From IMG/VR virus record IMGVR_UViG_3300032007_000009: 64,000 nt of DNA. One strand, 5' to 3'. The DNA comes from a virus. Lineage: Duplodnaviria > Caudoviricetes. This document shows positions 45,173 to 56,638 of this stretch, piece after piece. Each line of letters begins with the position of its first letter. Positions within the stretch are counted from its first letter, which is position 1. The translations under genes were made by a program, and so were the position numbers. The notes beneath the pieces were generated by a model. That model searched no databases. It saw nothing but the letters and a program-made list of their open reading frames with translations, and was not told the origin of the DNA.

Positions 45173-48100
45173 TTATTCAGTTAATCCATCAACTAATGAA
45201 GTATTTTGTACTGTTGTAGTTGATTGTGTATAGTCATAACTTGCTTCTATAGTTAAAATATAATGTTCAATATCTCTAATTGGTGTAGTTCTAATATCAA
45301 ACGCCAATGTCTTTTCAATTGTCTTTTGATCATTTACATCAGAAGATAAGAAGCATTCAAATAATAATGGAACAGATAATGATGTACCTACATCTAATAT
45401 CTTATATTGATTTTCTTGTTTAGTATCACATAATACTTGTGTTTTATCAAATAATTCAGGAATAAAGAATGCTCCATTATAATATGATAAATTATTGTTT
45501 ATTGAAAGGTTAGCTGCGAAATCTGTCATAGACATTTTATTAGTTAGATAAACTGCAGTACCACCTTCATTTGATGCAATTAAGTTTTCATATTTCAATA
45601 TATAGTTATTATTTGATGTATCAGCATTATTGTAAAGATACATGTTTTCACTAGTTATAATATCAGTATTAGTATCTTTAGTATAAATTTCAGTTGAAAC
45701 GGTATCATCTCCAGATATATCAATAAAGTTTAATGAATTATATCTAGTATTTGAATTAGTTATTCCTTCTTTAGAAATATAAGGTAATAATACTTGTTTA
45801 TTATTAACATTTATATAGTTCAACAAAAGCCCAACGAATGTAGTAGATTTACCACTTGAAAGATTTGTATTATCTAATTGTCTTTGTGTTGATGTATCAT
45901 AATATAATGATTCTTTAGTAAATGGATTGTTTTGTCTAAAATATATCCATTGTCCTAAATGTTGACCCATTATACATTCCGAAGGAATTGAATAACCTTT
46001 TATTAGCATTGGTACTCTTTCATAATCTTTATAGTATTGATTAAAATAAGTATTGTTTGCTTCTAATAAAGTTTTATTAATATCACCAGGGAATATACTA
46101 TATAACTTAATAGGTATGTCACCAGTGTTTTTGATAATTAAATTCATTTCTTCTTTTCTAAATGAATCATTAGTATCATTAGCTAAGTCATTAATCTTAA
46201 TCTTATTTGCAGTTAAGTTAGATAATTCAATCATATTTTCACCAAATTGCAAATATACACTATATTTTGTATTAAGTGTATCATTAATCATATTCTTATA
46301 TTCAAGAAGATCATTATTTATTCCAATTAATTTATCTTTTAATGATATAAGTTTATTCTCAGGTGTATTAAATCCTGAATAAATATTTTCAGGCATATGA
46401 TAGAATATTTGAGAATTATCTACAAGCTTATTGCTTACATGTTCTTGATAACCTTCTTTTAATAGTGTTCTTAAAAATTTAGAATTATTTACATCTTCAT
46501 TATTAGTATCTAATATAGATGATATTTCATTTGTCTCTGTATATTCAACAGGAAAATTAACTGTTACTTCATTTGACCATGGTGTATATAAGTTAATAAA
46601 TGGTTGTCCAATATTATACTTATATCTTATTCTTACAATAACATCTTCACCTTGTGTAATAGGGATATCAATCTGATTCCATTTAATAATATTAGATGTT
46701 GTATTATAATTTGAAAATATTATGTTATATGTATTAGATTCATTATCAAATTTAAGATATCTTTCACGTTCTATATTATTAAGCTTATTCCAATCACTGA
46801 ATATAACATCAGAATTACTTAATACAGATGTAGAATCTTTAGATATTGATTTATATTTATATTCAACATCTAATCCAATAAGTTCACATTTCATACCAAA
46901 TGTTGAATGTAAGAAAGCAACTATAGGAGATTCATTTGATGAATCATATTTATCGCATGCATCAGTAATACCTCTTATTCTATATTTAGCTTTATCTATT
47001 CCTTTTACATCTCCTTTAATTTGATTAATATTATCTACAATATTAAGTAATTGATTTTCTAATGTTAATCTTTCATCATAATATGTTGTAAGTTTACTAC
47101 GTAATGATTCTTGTGTTATTGAAGATTCTTGTGAAAAATCAGTAGTAGTCAATTGTGTATATACTTGATCTACATTATCTCTTATAGTTCTAAGTTTAGC
47201 TGTTATTTCATTTCTTTGTTCATGTAATTTAATAATGCTTTCAGAAGTATCATCATCAATTAAGTGATTATTAATTCTTGTTACTTTTAATATTGATTCA
47301 TCATTAATATATAATGTACTAGTAACAAAATTCTTTAATTCATCACTTTCAGTTAAACGTCTTAATTCTTCTGATGAATAATTTGATGTCTGAGGATATG
47401 CTAATTCAGTGATACCAACCATCATATCTCCAATATTCTTACAATATGAATTATAATATTCAATATAAGAAACTTTATTTCCAGAATTATTAAGAATGAA
47501 ATTACCATCATTATCTTTCATATAAATGTTATTCAAATTTAAATGAATAGCATTTGATAATGTGCTTTTAACATTATTATATATTGTACCTAAGAATATT
47601 ATAATATTTGGATTTTCTTCTAAAGGAATATCAACATAATGATATTTGTCATATGAATTAGTATAAAGCTCCAAAACCATATCTGAATTTTCTTCAAATG
47701 TTTGTAAAGCTACATGTCCAATTACTTCTTCAATAACAACTATATGATCGTTATTGTCATTTTCATTTGTAGAATTTTCAATAGTATATAAATCTACAAT
47801 TTTATAAATAACATATGTATTAGAAAGACATAAATAATCACCTTTTTTCAATATATGAGATATAGAAGAATCTTCTTTATCAGTATATGATATTGAACTT
47901 AATCTTACAATATATCTTAAAACACCAGTTGCACCATTACCGTCTGAATAATAAGGATTTTCAGATTCTTCAGGTAATTCTTCTATATTAAATGTAGCAT
48001 TATATTTATTTTCTTTAATAGGTAAATCTAATACACTGTCATATTCTTCATAATCAACTCCTAAACTTCTATCATATAAACCATTCTTAACATCATTATA

Positions 48101-48631
48101 TGTTTCAAAGTTTCTAAGATATTCAGCATCAGCATCATTATATATAACAAATTTCTTCATATAGATTTGCTCTATATTATCAGTTAAATTTGATATATTT
48201 AAACGTATATATGTTTTAGGATTTACTAAATCTTTAAATATATTGTTTTGTTTAATATTAAAACCAATAGTATCAATATTTGATACAGTTGGAGATGATG
48301 GTGCTGTATTAGATTTAACTAAAGACAATTTAAACATATCTGAAGATCTATGAAACCATGCTTCTCCAGATTTAGGAATATTAAACAAATTAGAAATAAT
48401 ATTATCTATTTGTTCAATTTTATGTTCTAAATATATAAAAGATGGTATTTTTACTTCAGATGTAGTATTATCTCCATTTACTATGCTAACTGATATTTGA
48501 GATGATGAAGTAGTTAATGCTTGATTCATTGCATTAATCATGCTTAATGCATTACTCATCATTTTCTCAATATTAACATAATATTCTTTTAATGAACTTG
48601 ATGTTGTAGGTGTTATATTATTATTATTCAT
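45173..48631 (-). CDS. Large putative structural protein with central coiled coil
   Basis: 1152-aa ORF. Confidence 0.65.
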   Translation of the reverse strand: MNNNNITPTTSSSLKEYYVNIEKMMSNALSMINAMNQALTTSSSQISVSIVNGDNTTSEVKIPSFIYLEHKIEQIDNIISNLFNIPKSGEAWFHRSSDMFKLSLVKSNTAPSSPTVSNIDTIGFNIKQNNIFKDLVNPKTYIRLNISNLTDNIEQIYMKKFVIYNDADAEYLRNFETYNDVKNGLYDRSLGVDYEEYDSVLDLPIKENKYNATFNIEELPEESENPYYSDGNGATGVLRYIVRLSSISYTDKEDSSISHILKKGDYLCLSNTYVIYKIVDLYTIENSTNENDNNDHIVVIEEVIGHVALQTFEENSDMVLELYTNSYDKYHYVDIPLEENPNIIIFLGTIYNNVKSTLSNAIHLNLNNIYMKDNDGNFILNNSGNKVSYIEYYNSYCKNIGDMMVGITELAYPQTSNYSSEELRRLTESDELKNFVTSTLYINDESILKVTRINNHLIDDDTSESIIKLHEQRNEITAKLRTIRDNVDQVYTQLTTTDFSQESSITQESLRSKLTTYYDERLTLENQLLNIVDNINQIKGDVKGIDKAKYRIRGITDACDKYDSSNESPIVAFLHSTFGMKCELIGLDVEYKYKSISKDSTSVLSNSDVIFSDWNKLNNIERERYLKFDNESNTYNIIFSNYNTTSNIIKWNQIDIPITQGEDVIVRIRYKYNIGQPFINLYTPWSNEVTVNFPVEYTETNEISSILDTNNEDVNNSKFLRTLLKEGYQEHVSNKLVDNSQIFYHMPENIYSGFNTPENKLISLKDKLIGINNDLLEYKNMINDTLNTKYSVYLQFGENMIELSNLTANKIKINDLANDTNDSFRKEEMNLIIKNTGDIPIKLYSIFPGDINKTLLEANNTYFNQYYKDYERVPMLIKGYSIPSECIMGQHLGQWIYFRQNNPFTKESLYYDTSTQRQLDNTNLSSGKSTTFVGLLLNYINVNNKQVLLPYISKEGITNSNTRYNSLNFIDISGDDTVSTEIYTKDTNTDIITSENMYLYNNADTSNNNYILKYENLIASNEGGTAVYLTNKMSMTDFAANLSINNNLSYYNGAFFIPELFDKTQVLCDTKQENQYKILDVGTSLSVPLLFECFLSSDVNDQKTIEKTLAFDIRTTPIRDIEHYILTIEASYDYTQSTTTVQNTSLVDGLTE

Positions 48632-48634
48632 ATA

Positions 48635-49912
48635 TTATTGATATTTCCATTTTATATTATCTAAAGTTTCTTTTACTTCTTCTTTAAATTCAGATATTTC
48701 TGTTTTTATATCATTTTCAAATGAAGCAATTGTTTTCTTAACGTTATCTATTGATTTATTAGTTCCTAGATTATTTATAACAGTTTGTATTTCTTGTAAT
48801 CTATTTTCTAATGAAGAAATACGTTTATTAGATTCTTCAAATTTATCTAAAATATCATTCATTCTAGATAATACTTGAGTAAATGTAGCAAAGTTAACTC
48901 CTTTATCTGAACTTTCAATATCATTAGAATATTTTGTTGAATAAGGAAAAGGTTTAAATTGTGTACTTATTAATAAAGACCAAGAACCAGATAAACCTGT
49001 ATCAAAATCTCTAATTATTTCAATTGGGTTATCTTCTTCTTTATCACCATTCATCCAAATACCTAATGGTACATTATGTCTATATTTATTAGAATCATTT
49101 AAATTAATAATATAATTATTTGTATCTTCATCGTCATATCCTAATATTGTATCATTATCATCAATATCTATATTAATAACTTCATATAAAGGAATTATAA
49201 CATTAAATTTAATTGAATCTGATTGAACATGTAATTTTGATACTGATAATGAAGTAATATTACTATCTATATAATATTTCTTTGTGAATGTTGTGTTATA
49301 ATCATATACAGGATAAATTGATTCATAACCTGGAATACTATTAATATTATCCCATCCATAGATATTGTCATTGTCAATAATTAATGATTCTATTTCTGAA
49401 GTTACATCAGTTTTTAAAACTTTACAAGCATGCAAAGAAAGTAAATCTAATGTACATATTATATCTGTATAAATTCCATTATAATCTTGCTCAGTAATAT
49501 CGCTTATATACATAGTGAAATTATCATCAAATATAGAAGATGATGTTTCATTATGTATTATATTACCCGCTTCATCTAAACTTATTTTATATGAATTAGA
49601 TTCTTCATCATATGTTAATACCTGATTTAATGCTTCAAGTAAATATGATATAGGAGATAACTTATTTTCAATATTATTAACGTTATCTCTTAATATTGCC
49701 AATTTATTTTCATAATATGCTACTAAAAACTTAATGAATTCAGGTTTTGTAGTACTATTTAAATTATTAATATATAAACATAAAAATCTTGAAGGAAATA
49801 ACTTTGTATTAACACTCAAGAAATTTCCTGTCATTGATTCTGCATAATTACTGAATGTAAGGAATTTACTATCAGGTCCAGTTGTATAGAACAAATTAGT
49901 TTTTCTTTTCAT
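48635..49912 (-). CDS. Putative structural protein with C-terminal coiled coil
   Basis: 425-aa ORF heading the - strand operon. Confidence 0.6.
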   Translation of the reverse strand: MKRKTNLFYTTGPDSKFLTFSNYAESMTGNFLSVNTKLFPSRFLCLYINNLNSTTKPEFIKFLVAYYENKLAILRDNVNNIENKLSPISYLLEALNQVLTYDEESNSYKISLDEAGNIIHNETSSSIFDDNFTMYISDITEQDYNGIYTDIICTLDLLSLHACKVLKTDVTSEIESLIIDNDNIYGWDNINSIPGYESIYPVYDYNTTFTKKYYIDSNITSLSVSKLHVQSDSIKFNVIIPLYEVINIDIDDNDTILGYDDEDTNNYIINLNDSNKYRHNVPLGIWMNGDKEEDNPIEIIRDFDTGLSGSWSLLISTQFKPFPYSTKYSNDIESSDKGVNFATFTQVLSRMNDILDKFEESNKRISSLENRLQEIQTVINNLGTNKSIDNVKKTIASFENDIKTEISEFKEEVKETLDNIKWKYQ

Positions 49913-50064
49913 TAAAAATCAAATAAGATATTACTATTTATATAAAAATAAATAAAACTTCAGATTATTGAGATTTAAATTGGTAAAAAATGATTACATA
50001 AAAAAATATAATATCAAATTTTTAAAATCTATTTTAAATTATAAATATAATAAATGTAAATATT

Positions 50065-50526
50065 ATGAATCGTAAAAAGACAGGTGTAAGGTATTTGAAG
50101 ACAAATTATGGAGTAAAGAACGGACGTACAGCATGTTATCTTAAGTTTGGATTGTGTTTGGATAACATTCCTTTTATTGATATGCTGGAAAATAATGATG
50201 AATTTAATCTATTCTTGAGAAAGAACAATGTTGAGTGGTGGACACTTGATGAATATTTTGAAGGTGAAAATGATTATCAACCACATCTTATAGGGGAGTG
50301 TATTGGATATGCATTCTGTGATCCAACAGATACATTTGATGAGTCTCTTGGTAAGAAGATTGCGTTGACACGTGCCCAGTCTGGTGCATTTGATTTTGTT
50401 AATAATTTCTATCAGTTTGTTCAAAATATCTTTTTGAAGGCTGCTAATGAATTTGATACACTTGGAGAAAATTCAGAGCTTGCTAAGGAAAAATGTAATG
50501 CACATATTAATGAACTAATTGGATAA
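50065..50526 (+). CDS. Hypothetical phage protein
   Basis: CDPTDTFDESLGKKIALTRA motif common in phage proteins. Confidence 0.7.
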   Translation: MNRKKTGVRYLKTNYGVKNGRTACYLKFGLCLDNIPFIDMLENNDEFNLFLRKNNVEWWTLDEYFEGENDYQPHLIGECIGYAFCDPTDTFDESLGKKIALTRAQSGAFDFVNNFYQFVQNIFLKAANEFDTLGENSELAKEKCNAHINELIG

Positions 50527-51266
50527 TGAAAGCAATAATATTTGATTTAGAAACAACTGGAGTAGATAGATCTCATGATTATATAATACAATTTGCTGCT
50601 TTAAAAATTGAAACAGATAATGATAGTATTATTGATTCTAAAAATATCTATATAAAACCAGAAGGTAATTATTCGATATCATTAGGAGCTTATTTTAAAC
50701 ATAAAATAACTCCTAAGTTTTTGGAAGATAAACCAACACTAAGAGATGTTGGTCCGGAAATTGTAGAATTTTTTAATGATGATTCGGCAATTATAACTTA
50801 TAATGGAAATAGTTTTGATATTCCATTTTTGAAAATTGAACTTAATAAAATTGGGTTAGATATTGATTTTATAAATAAAAAAGTATATGATGTTTTCTTA
50901 GAGGAAAAAGAAAGAAATTCTAATACATTGGAAGAAACTTATAAAAGATATAAGAAAAAGACAATGGAAGAAAGTGGTTTAACCGCACATGATGCATTTT
51001 CAGATATTAAAGCAACATATACAGTTTATAAGGCACATTTAAAAACTGGAGAATATAAAGAAGATTCTATATTGACAGAAGATTCAACAATTAAGTTAAT
51101 GAATTTTGAAGGTAATATAGTTCCATGTTTTAATATTGGAAAATATAAAACAATTTCTCTTGAATATGTATCTAACATAGATAAAGGATATTTACAATGG
51201 TGTATCAGTGATAAATGTAACTTCCTCCAATCAACTAAAGAATATATTAAAAAATATTTGAAATAA
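50526..51266 (+). CDS. DEDDh 3'-5' exonuclease (DnaQ-like)
   Basis: FDLETTG, YNGNSFDIPFL, AHDAFSD; C-terminal FNIGKYK domain. Confidence 0.9.
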   Translation: MKAIIFDLETTGVDRSHDYIIQFAALKIETDNDSIIDSKNIYIKPEGNYSISLGAYFKHKITPKFLEDKPTLRDVGPEIVEFFNDDSAIITYNGNSFDIPFLKIELNKIGLDIDFINKKVYDVFLEEKERNSNTLEETYKRYKKKTMEESGLTAHDAFSDIKATYTVYKAHLKTGEYKEDSILTEDSTIKLMNFEGNIVPCFNIGKYKTISLEYVSNIDKGYLQWCISDKCNFLQSTKEYIKKYLK

Positions 51267-51319
51267 TATTTAAAATTTACAGTACTTATTCTATATTTAA
51301 ATAACAAAAATAAATAAAT

Positions 51320-51946
51320 ATGAGTGAGTACTGTAAAATTACATTAGTTAAAAGAGAGAACGTTAATTGTTCTTCAATTACTGAAGATGAGTTTGTAAAA
51401 ATGATGTTTTCTGATATTCTTGAGGCTGAGGAGAATTATAATAAATTGTATTGCCCAGATTATGTAGCAAGCATCATCCGTCATTTTGAATATATTCTAC
51501 AATCTACTCGTAATCGTGCTATAAAGTACGCTGAAAAGAAGTGGAAAACCGATAAGAAGCGTAACGAGTATGTTACTAATGAGGTTACTAAGGCAAAGAA
51601 GAATTTCAATGTAGATTCTTATTATTATGGTCTCTCATTCTTTGATTTCGATGTACACCCTGAATCAAATGGATTATCTGGTGACTGTTGTATTTCTATT
51701 AATAGAATGACATTTGATACATTACGTAGATGTTTTAATTCAGTGAAGGATAATTATTATTTTAAGAATTCATTAGGATGGAAACTTGAGTATGAATGTC
51801 ATGAAACCAATCATAGTGTTTCATTCAGACCACATATTAATTTGATAATGCCTGAGGATATTGAGGCAAAATATTATAAAGCCAAGGAGGATCTTGCTGA
51901 AGATATTCGTAGATTTTATGCAACTTGTAGATATCCTGGAGATTAA
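51320..51946 (+). CDS. Hypothetical protein
   Basis: ORF track. Confidence 0.7.
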   Translation: MSEYCKITLVKRENVNCSSITEDEFVKMMFSDILEAEENYNKLYCPDYVASIIRHFEYILQSTRNRAIKYAEKKWKTDKKRNEYVTNEVTKAKKNFNVDSYYYGLSFFDFDVHPESNGLSGDCCISINRMTFDTLRRCFNSVKDNYYFKNSLGWKLEYECHETNHSVSFRPHINLIMPEDIEAKYYKAKEDLAEDIRRFYATCRYPGD

Positions 51947-51958
51947 ATTGTTGAATAT

Positions 51959-52120
51959 ATGAAATATACATCTAAAGAAGAAACAATAAATACTGTATCT
52001 TAATATTTAATAATGAATCTTAAGAAATATATTTCTTTTGAGAATTAATGAAATACATATTGGGATTTAATTACAGATATGCGTAAAGATATATTAATAA
52101 ACAATTGGAAACTTAAATAA
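51959..52120 (+). pseudogene. Stop-interrupted gene remnant
   Basis: MKYTSKEETINTVS*YLIMNLKKYISFEN**NTYWDLITDMRKDILINNWKLK* fills the gap between two genes. Confidence 0.4.
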
Positions 52121-52126
52121 ATTAAT

Positions 52127-52744
52127 ATGAAGATTAATGAATTAATTAAGGCAGTAACAAAGGATTATATGCCTATTAAGAAAAAGGTAATGGAAGCTCA
52201 AAGAGAAGGTCTTGAGTTATCAATTGAAGATGAGCAAACTTATTTTGAGTTAAATACAACTCTTGAACTTTATAAGGTTCTTAAAGGTATGTTCATGGAG
52301 GAAGCAACAAAGAATAAGGATATGATTAATGACCTTATTAAGAAGGGAATTCTCCATACTGAAATTAAGCAAGCTGAAAAGGATGGTAAGAAAATTGATG
52401 TAGAAGTTATTATGGAATCAATGGACTTCCGTATTGATAATGTTCCTGAAGATATTCAAAAGAGTATTTTAGAAAAGATGGTTAAGTCTCATAAGGAAAA
52501 TATAGAAAAGAATTATAAGAATAATCCAGAACTTTTACGAAAAGAATCATTTGAATTATATATCATTGAACAATTCTTACCTAAGGAAGCCACAAAAGAA
52601 GATATATTAAATTATCTTAATGAATATTACCCAAATGGAATTGAACAAAAGTCAATGGGTAAAGTAATTGGTGAAATAAAAAATGCATTTGAACGTGCAA
52701 ATGGTAAGCTTATTGCTGAATGTGTAAAATTAAAGATTAATTAA
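52127..52744 (+). CDS. YqeY/GatB-domain protein
   Basis: KESFELYIIEQFLPKE..MGKVIGEIK..ANGKLIAECVK. Confidence 0.75.
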   Translation: MKINELIKAVTKDYMPIKKKVMEAQREGLELSIEDEQTYFELNTTLELYKVLKGMFMEEATKNKDMINDLIKKGILHTEIKQAEKDGKKIDVEVIMESMDFRIDNVPEDIQKSILEKMVKSHKENIEKNYKNNPELLRKESFELYIIEQFLPKEATKEDILNYLNEYYPNGIEQKSMGKVIGEIKNAFERANGKLIAECVKLKIN

Positions 52745-52745
52745 C

Positions 52746-52952
52746 ATGAAAGTATTTGATTTAATTTGTGAATTAACTCATTTTGATCCTTATTGTGAAG
52801 TATTAATTCAAGATAAATCTGGAGATTGTGAACCATTTACATTGAAAGATTTAGCATGGAATGGAACTTCTGATGATAATGATAAGATAAGAGATTCAAG
52901 ATATAAATCTACAGAATTATATATAACACTTGATAAAGAAATTGAAAGATGA
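52746..52952 (+). CDS. Hypothetical protein
   Basis: Tightly packed ORF. Confidence 0.6.
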   Translation: MKVFDLICELTHFDPYCEVLIQDKSGDCEPFTLKDLAWNGTSDDNDKIRDSRYKSTELYITLDKEIER

Positions 52953-53473
52953 GAATGTGGACAAATAATAACGCAAAGAATACTTTCGTTATCGACAAAT
53001 CAAATGGTTATCCAGTACAAATTACAACAAATGTAACTGAAAAGACTTCATGGTTAAATATTTTTACAGGACATGGTATTGAACAAATTAATCCTGAAGG
53101 TACTGGAGATATACAAGTAATTAATGGTAAAAATTATCATTGGGTTCCTCAAAAGTTTTATGATCGTGGTCCAGGTGGTGATTATTCTGATGAAGAATAT
53201 AAGAATGTATTTTTGAATCTTAGGTATCATGGTCATATTGAAGATTATGAATCATATTTACAAGTATTGAAAAGATATGAATATAAATATGATAATGATA
53301 AAGAACTTCGTGCACTTATTGCAGAATATATCAATTTGAAGAATCTTAAGTATACAAAATCATTCAAGAAGGTAACTTGGAAATATTGTATTCCTATGAT
53401 AGAATCAAATGATTTAGAAAAAAAGTTCTTAAAAATCGAAAATCAGTTAATTCATATTTTCAATAAGATTTAA
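52949..53473 (+). CDS. Hypothetical protein
   Basis: ATGA overlap. Confidence 0.65.
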   Translation: MRMWTNNNAKNTFVIDKSNGYPVQITTNVTEKTSWLNIFTGHGIEQINPEGTGDIQVINGKNYHWVPQKFYDRGPGGDYSDEEYKNVFLNLRYHGHIEDYESYLQVLKRYEYKYDNDKELRALIAEYINLKNLKYTKSFKKVTWKYCIPMIESNDLEKKFLKIENQLIHIFNKI

Positions 53474-53577
53474 TATGAATAACACAAAGATACATATTAA
53501 AGTTATAGCTCAGGTACTTTGTATCTGGGCTATATTTACATTGATTTATTTTATAATTGTAAAATTTATTTGGTAAT

Positions 53578-53949
53578 ATGACAAAAGATTTTAAATTTAA
53601 TCTTGATGATGTTGTATACTTTATTGGTGAAGGTAAAATCTATCAAGCAAAAATTTGTGAAGTAAGATTTGTTGCAAGATTTGAACAAACAAATAGTGGA
53701 AACTGCGGAATATATAATACATATAAACCAGTATTATATGAGGTTTATAGACTTTATACACATCATAAAAATGGAGATACAATAAATACTAATGCAACCC
53801 ATAAATATTATGATGGTGAATATTGTGGAACATCTTGGTTTACTATAGATGAATTGTTTGAAAGTGTTGAAGATGCATTAATACATTTAAGAAGCACAGT
53901 TAAGATGTTACCTAAATATCAAACATTAGAAGATATTAATAAATATTAA
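53578..53949 (+). CDS. Hypothetical protein
   Basis: KFNLDDVVYF N-terminus. Confidence 0.65.
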   Translation: MTKDFKFNLDDVVYFIGEGKIYQAKICEVRFVARFEQTNSGNCGIYNTYKPVLYEVYRLYTHHKNGDTINTNATHKYYDGEYCGTSWFTIDELFESVEDALIHLRSTVKMLPKYQTLEDINKY

Positions 53950-54011
53950 CAATACATTATTAAATCTTCTAATTGTGTTTTTCTATATTTATATATAAAT
54001 AAGTATTAATT

Positions 54012-54821
54012 ATGTTAGATAGAGAAGAAGTTTTATCACAAGCAGTTAATGAATGTTATAGGGAAATGTTTGCTAAGGCACAACCTATGGCAGATTGGGA
54101 TGCTTTAAATGCAGAATATAAAGCAGGTAAGATTGATGAAGAGAAAGATGGACCTGTATATAATCGTCATTATCTTTCTTATGAAGAATATGTTTATATT
54201 ATAAATAAGTATCTTGATGCTTATCATATTGAATCTGATTGGGACGATTACATGGAGATACTTGAACAATATCTTACTTTAGGTGGAATAAAGGATAAGT
54301 ATATTAAAGGATATACTGATGAAAATGGTAATCATCACCCAGGAACTCGTGGTTATGAAAAGGTACCACCTTTGAAAGAACATATTAAAAAAGTATTATA
54401 TCCATTATTTGATACAGAAGTTGAACATGATTTAGCTGTAAAATATGTTACAGATAAAGTAATGGAATTAATTCATGACTGTAAGAATTATTATTCATTC
54501 AATATTGATGAACAAAAGTTCAGAAATACATTGGCTTTCGGTGCAACTCCAACATCAAATATGGAAATCGTTAAAAAATGGTGGAAAGACCATTATGATA
54601 TTGATGTTGAAATAGAAGAACGTAATCCTATGCTTCTTTGGGAAATGGATTATTATGGAGATAACTTCGAAGAAGTAATGGAAGAGGAATATGGAGAAAA
54701 CTGGAAGGAAATCTGGGATCAAAAATGGAAAGATAATGTTGCTAAAAAGAAAGCTGAAATAGAAGAACGTTTGAAAAAGATCCGAGAAGATTATAAAAAC
54801 TTAAAGGGGGATGAAGAATAA
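54012..54821 (+). CDS. Hypothetical protein
   Basis: ORF track. Confidence 0.75.
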   Translation: MLDREEVLSQAVNECYREMFAKAQPMADWDALNAEYKAGKIDEEKDGPVYNRHYLSYEEYVYIINKYLDAYHIESDWDDYMEILEQYLTLGGIKDKYIKGYTDENGNHHPGTRGYEKVPPLKEHIKKVLYPLFDTEVEHDLAVKYVTDKVMELIHDCKNYYSFNIDEQKFRNTLAFGATPTSNMEIVKKWWKDHYDIDVEIEERNPMLLWEMDYYGDNFEEVMEEEYGENWKEIWDQKWKDNVAKKKAEIEERLKKIREDYKNLKGDEE

Positions 54822-54954
54822 TGGAATATATTTACCAATCAATGGAATAAATTATAATAAGTTAATTGATGAAATAGAAGCTAGAAAATGTGGGGTATTT
54901 TGTATGAATCCTTTTAGGAACATTATAATAAAACCAAATATAGATTTAATTTAA
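54811..54954 (+). CDS. Small hypothetical protein (47 aa)
   Basis: Manual translation MKNNGIYLPING...; abuts the next ATG. Confidence 0.45.
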   Translation: MKNNGIYLPINGINYNKLIDEIEARKCGVFCMNPFRNIIIKPNIDLI

Positions 54955-55272
54955 ATGGAACAAATAATTTCAAAAGATATTCTTTTAACAGCAGGATTTG
55001 AAGATATTACTTATGATTATGAAAAACAATTTCATAAAGAATATGATGATTTAGATGATTATGTTATATTAAGACGTTGTACTGATGATGTAGATAAAAA
55101 TCCTGGGAAAACATTGAAGCTTGATATTGATAATGGATTAACGAATAGTGGCCGTGCTTGGTATTTACATATTGATAATTGTGATTGTTGTTCAATTGGT
55201 TCGGCAGAAATTAATACAATTGAACAGTTTAATAAATTAATGGAAATATTTGAAAGTAAATTTAGATTATGA
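54955..55272 (+). CDS. Hypothetical protein
   Basis: ORF track. Confidence 0.65.
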   Translation: MEQIISKDILLTAGFEDITYDYEKQFHKEYDDLDDYVILRRCTDDVDKNPGKTLKLDIDNGLTNSGRAWYLHIDNCDCCSIGSAEINTIEQFNKLMEIFESKFRL

Positions 55273-55775
55273 AAAATATAATAGACATATTATCTGATAT
55301 ATATAATAGATTATATGATTGGAGTTGGCCCATTGGATTTTTTGGTTTTATTGGAATATTAGTTGCAACAGGAATTACTCATAATCAAAATATATTTATC
55401 ATAGGTTCAATTACATTAACTGTATTTTATGTATTTATATTTGGGTATATGTGGTTATATCCATTTGAATATCTTAGTGAAAGATTTACTTTATGGATTC
55501 ATTCGTTCAATAAATATAAGTTATCTAAAAATGAAGTTAAATTATGGAATAATATAATTCAAAAAGCACAAGTCGGATATAATGAATGGTGGGATATAAC
55601 AAAAGGAAATGATATGTGTGGTCCTTGGATTAAAGATTATACAGAAGAAGAAAATAACTTATTAGATAAAATACATAAATATTTTTATGGAGATGGATGG
55701 TATGTTTCTATGCCGATAAGTTGTGCTCAAGTAAATTATGTTATGTATGAAGATATAAAAAATAAAGTCAAATAA
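55269..55775 (+). CDS. Membrane protein
   Basis: Two N-terminal TM segments. Confidence 0.65.
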   Translation: MKNIIDILSDIYNRLYDWSWPIGFFGFIGILVATGITHNQNIFIIGSITLTVFYVFIFGYMWLYPFEYLSERFTLWIHSFNKYKLSKNEVKLWNNIIQKAQVGYNEWWDITKGNDMCGPWIKDYTEEENNLLDKIHKYFYGDGWYVSMPISCAQVNYVMYEDIKNKVK

Positions 55776-55777
55776 TT

Positions 55778-56638
55778 ATGGCGACAAAAGAAGAACTTAT
55801 TGATAATATACAATGTTGGGTATTCAATTTTAATAATTATTGGGAAGACCCAGTAACTGAAAGTGAATTTGTTAAAAACACATATGAAACATGCGATTTA
55901 ATAATTGCTTATTGTAATATCATTAAAGCTAAACAAAAGAAACTTGGTAAAAAATATGATGAGCATCCTAAAGATGTACAAGAAGCTATATCAAAAATTA
56001 TATCATTAGTTTCAGATGGTCGTGATTTATGGCATAAAGTAAAATATTGTAAAATTGGCGGTAATATATTTGATCTATTAGAAATAGGTAAGCATATAGA
56101 ACCAAGAGAATATGATCATCATGTAAATGAAACTGGATATCTTGATTTTGAAGATAAACCAATGGTAAGATGTCAACAGATTATTGATGATTGTGAAGAA
56201 TTAAAAGAAGTATTGAATTCTGAAAAGGAAACAAAAAACTTTAAAAAATTTGTTGGGAAGATTCTTTATTGGGAAAATTATGAATCTGGTTCTGCTGCAA
56301 TAAAAATTGATAAAATCAATAAAAACAAAAAAGGAGAATTTACTTTTGATGGTATATTGATTACTTATGAAACAGTTAATGGGCATTGTGATGGTGATGG
56401 CTTTATAATGACTGAAGTAGAAGATTTAAAGTTTAGTGAAATTCCTTATTGCTATTGTGAATGGGATACTGAAGAAGATGCGTATGAATCTTTAAGTGGA
56501 GCAGAAGAAAAAACAATAAAAGACATATATACAGATTTAAAGTCAATATCAATGAATTTAGTTGAACAGTATTTTTCTTGTAGAATATATGATCCTAAAG
56601 AGGAAGAAGTAGAAGAATACGATGAAGACGAAGAATAG
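55778..56638 (+). CDS. Hypothetical acidic protein (TAG stop)
   Basis: ORF track. Confidence 0.7.
   Translation: MATKEELIDNIQCWVFNFNNYWEDPVTESEFVKNTYETCDLIIAYCNIIKAKQKKLGKKYDEHPKDVQEAISKIISLVSDGRDLWHKVKYCKIGGNIFDLLEIGKHIEPREYDHHVNETGYLDFEDKPMVRCQQIIDDCEELKEVLNSEKETKNFKKFVGKILYWENYESGSAAIKIDKINKNKKGEFTFDGILITYETVNGHCDGDGFIMTEVEDLKFSEIPYCYCEWDTEEDAYESLSGAEEKTIKDIYTDLKSISMNLVEQYFSCRIYDPKEEEVEEYDEDEE

Noticed and set aside
14066-47024. Antisense ORFs such as 14066, 18240, 21524, 28123, 44257, 46053, 46722
   Set aside because: Shadow frames opposite well-supported genes
16196-49912. Genome-wide TAG-to-Gln recoding (code 15)
   Set aside because: Long structural genes are uninterrupted under code 11
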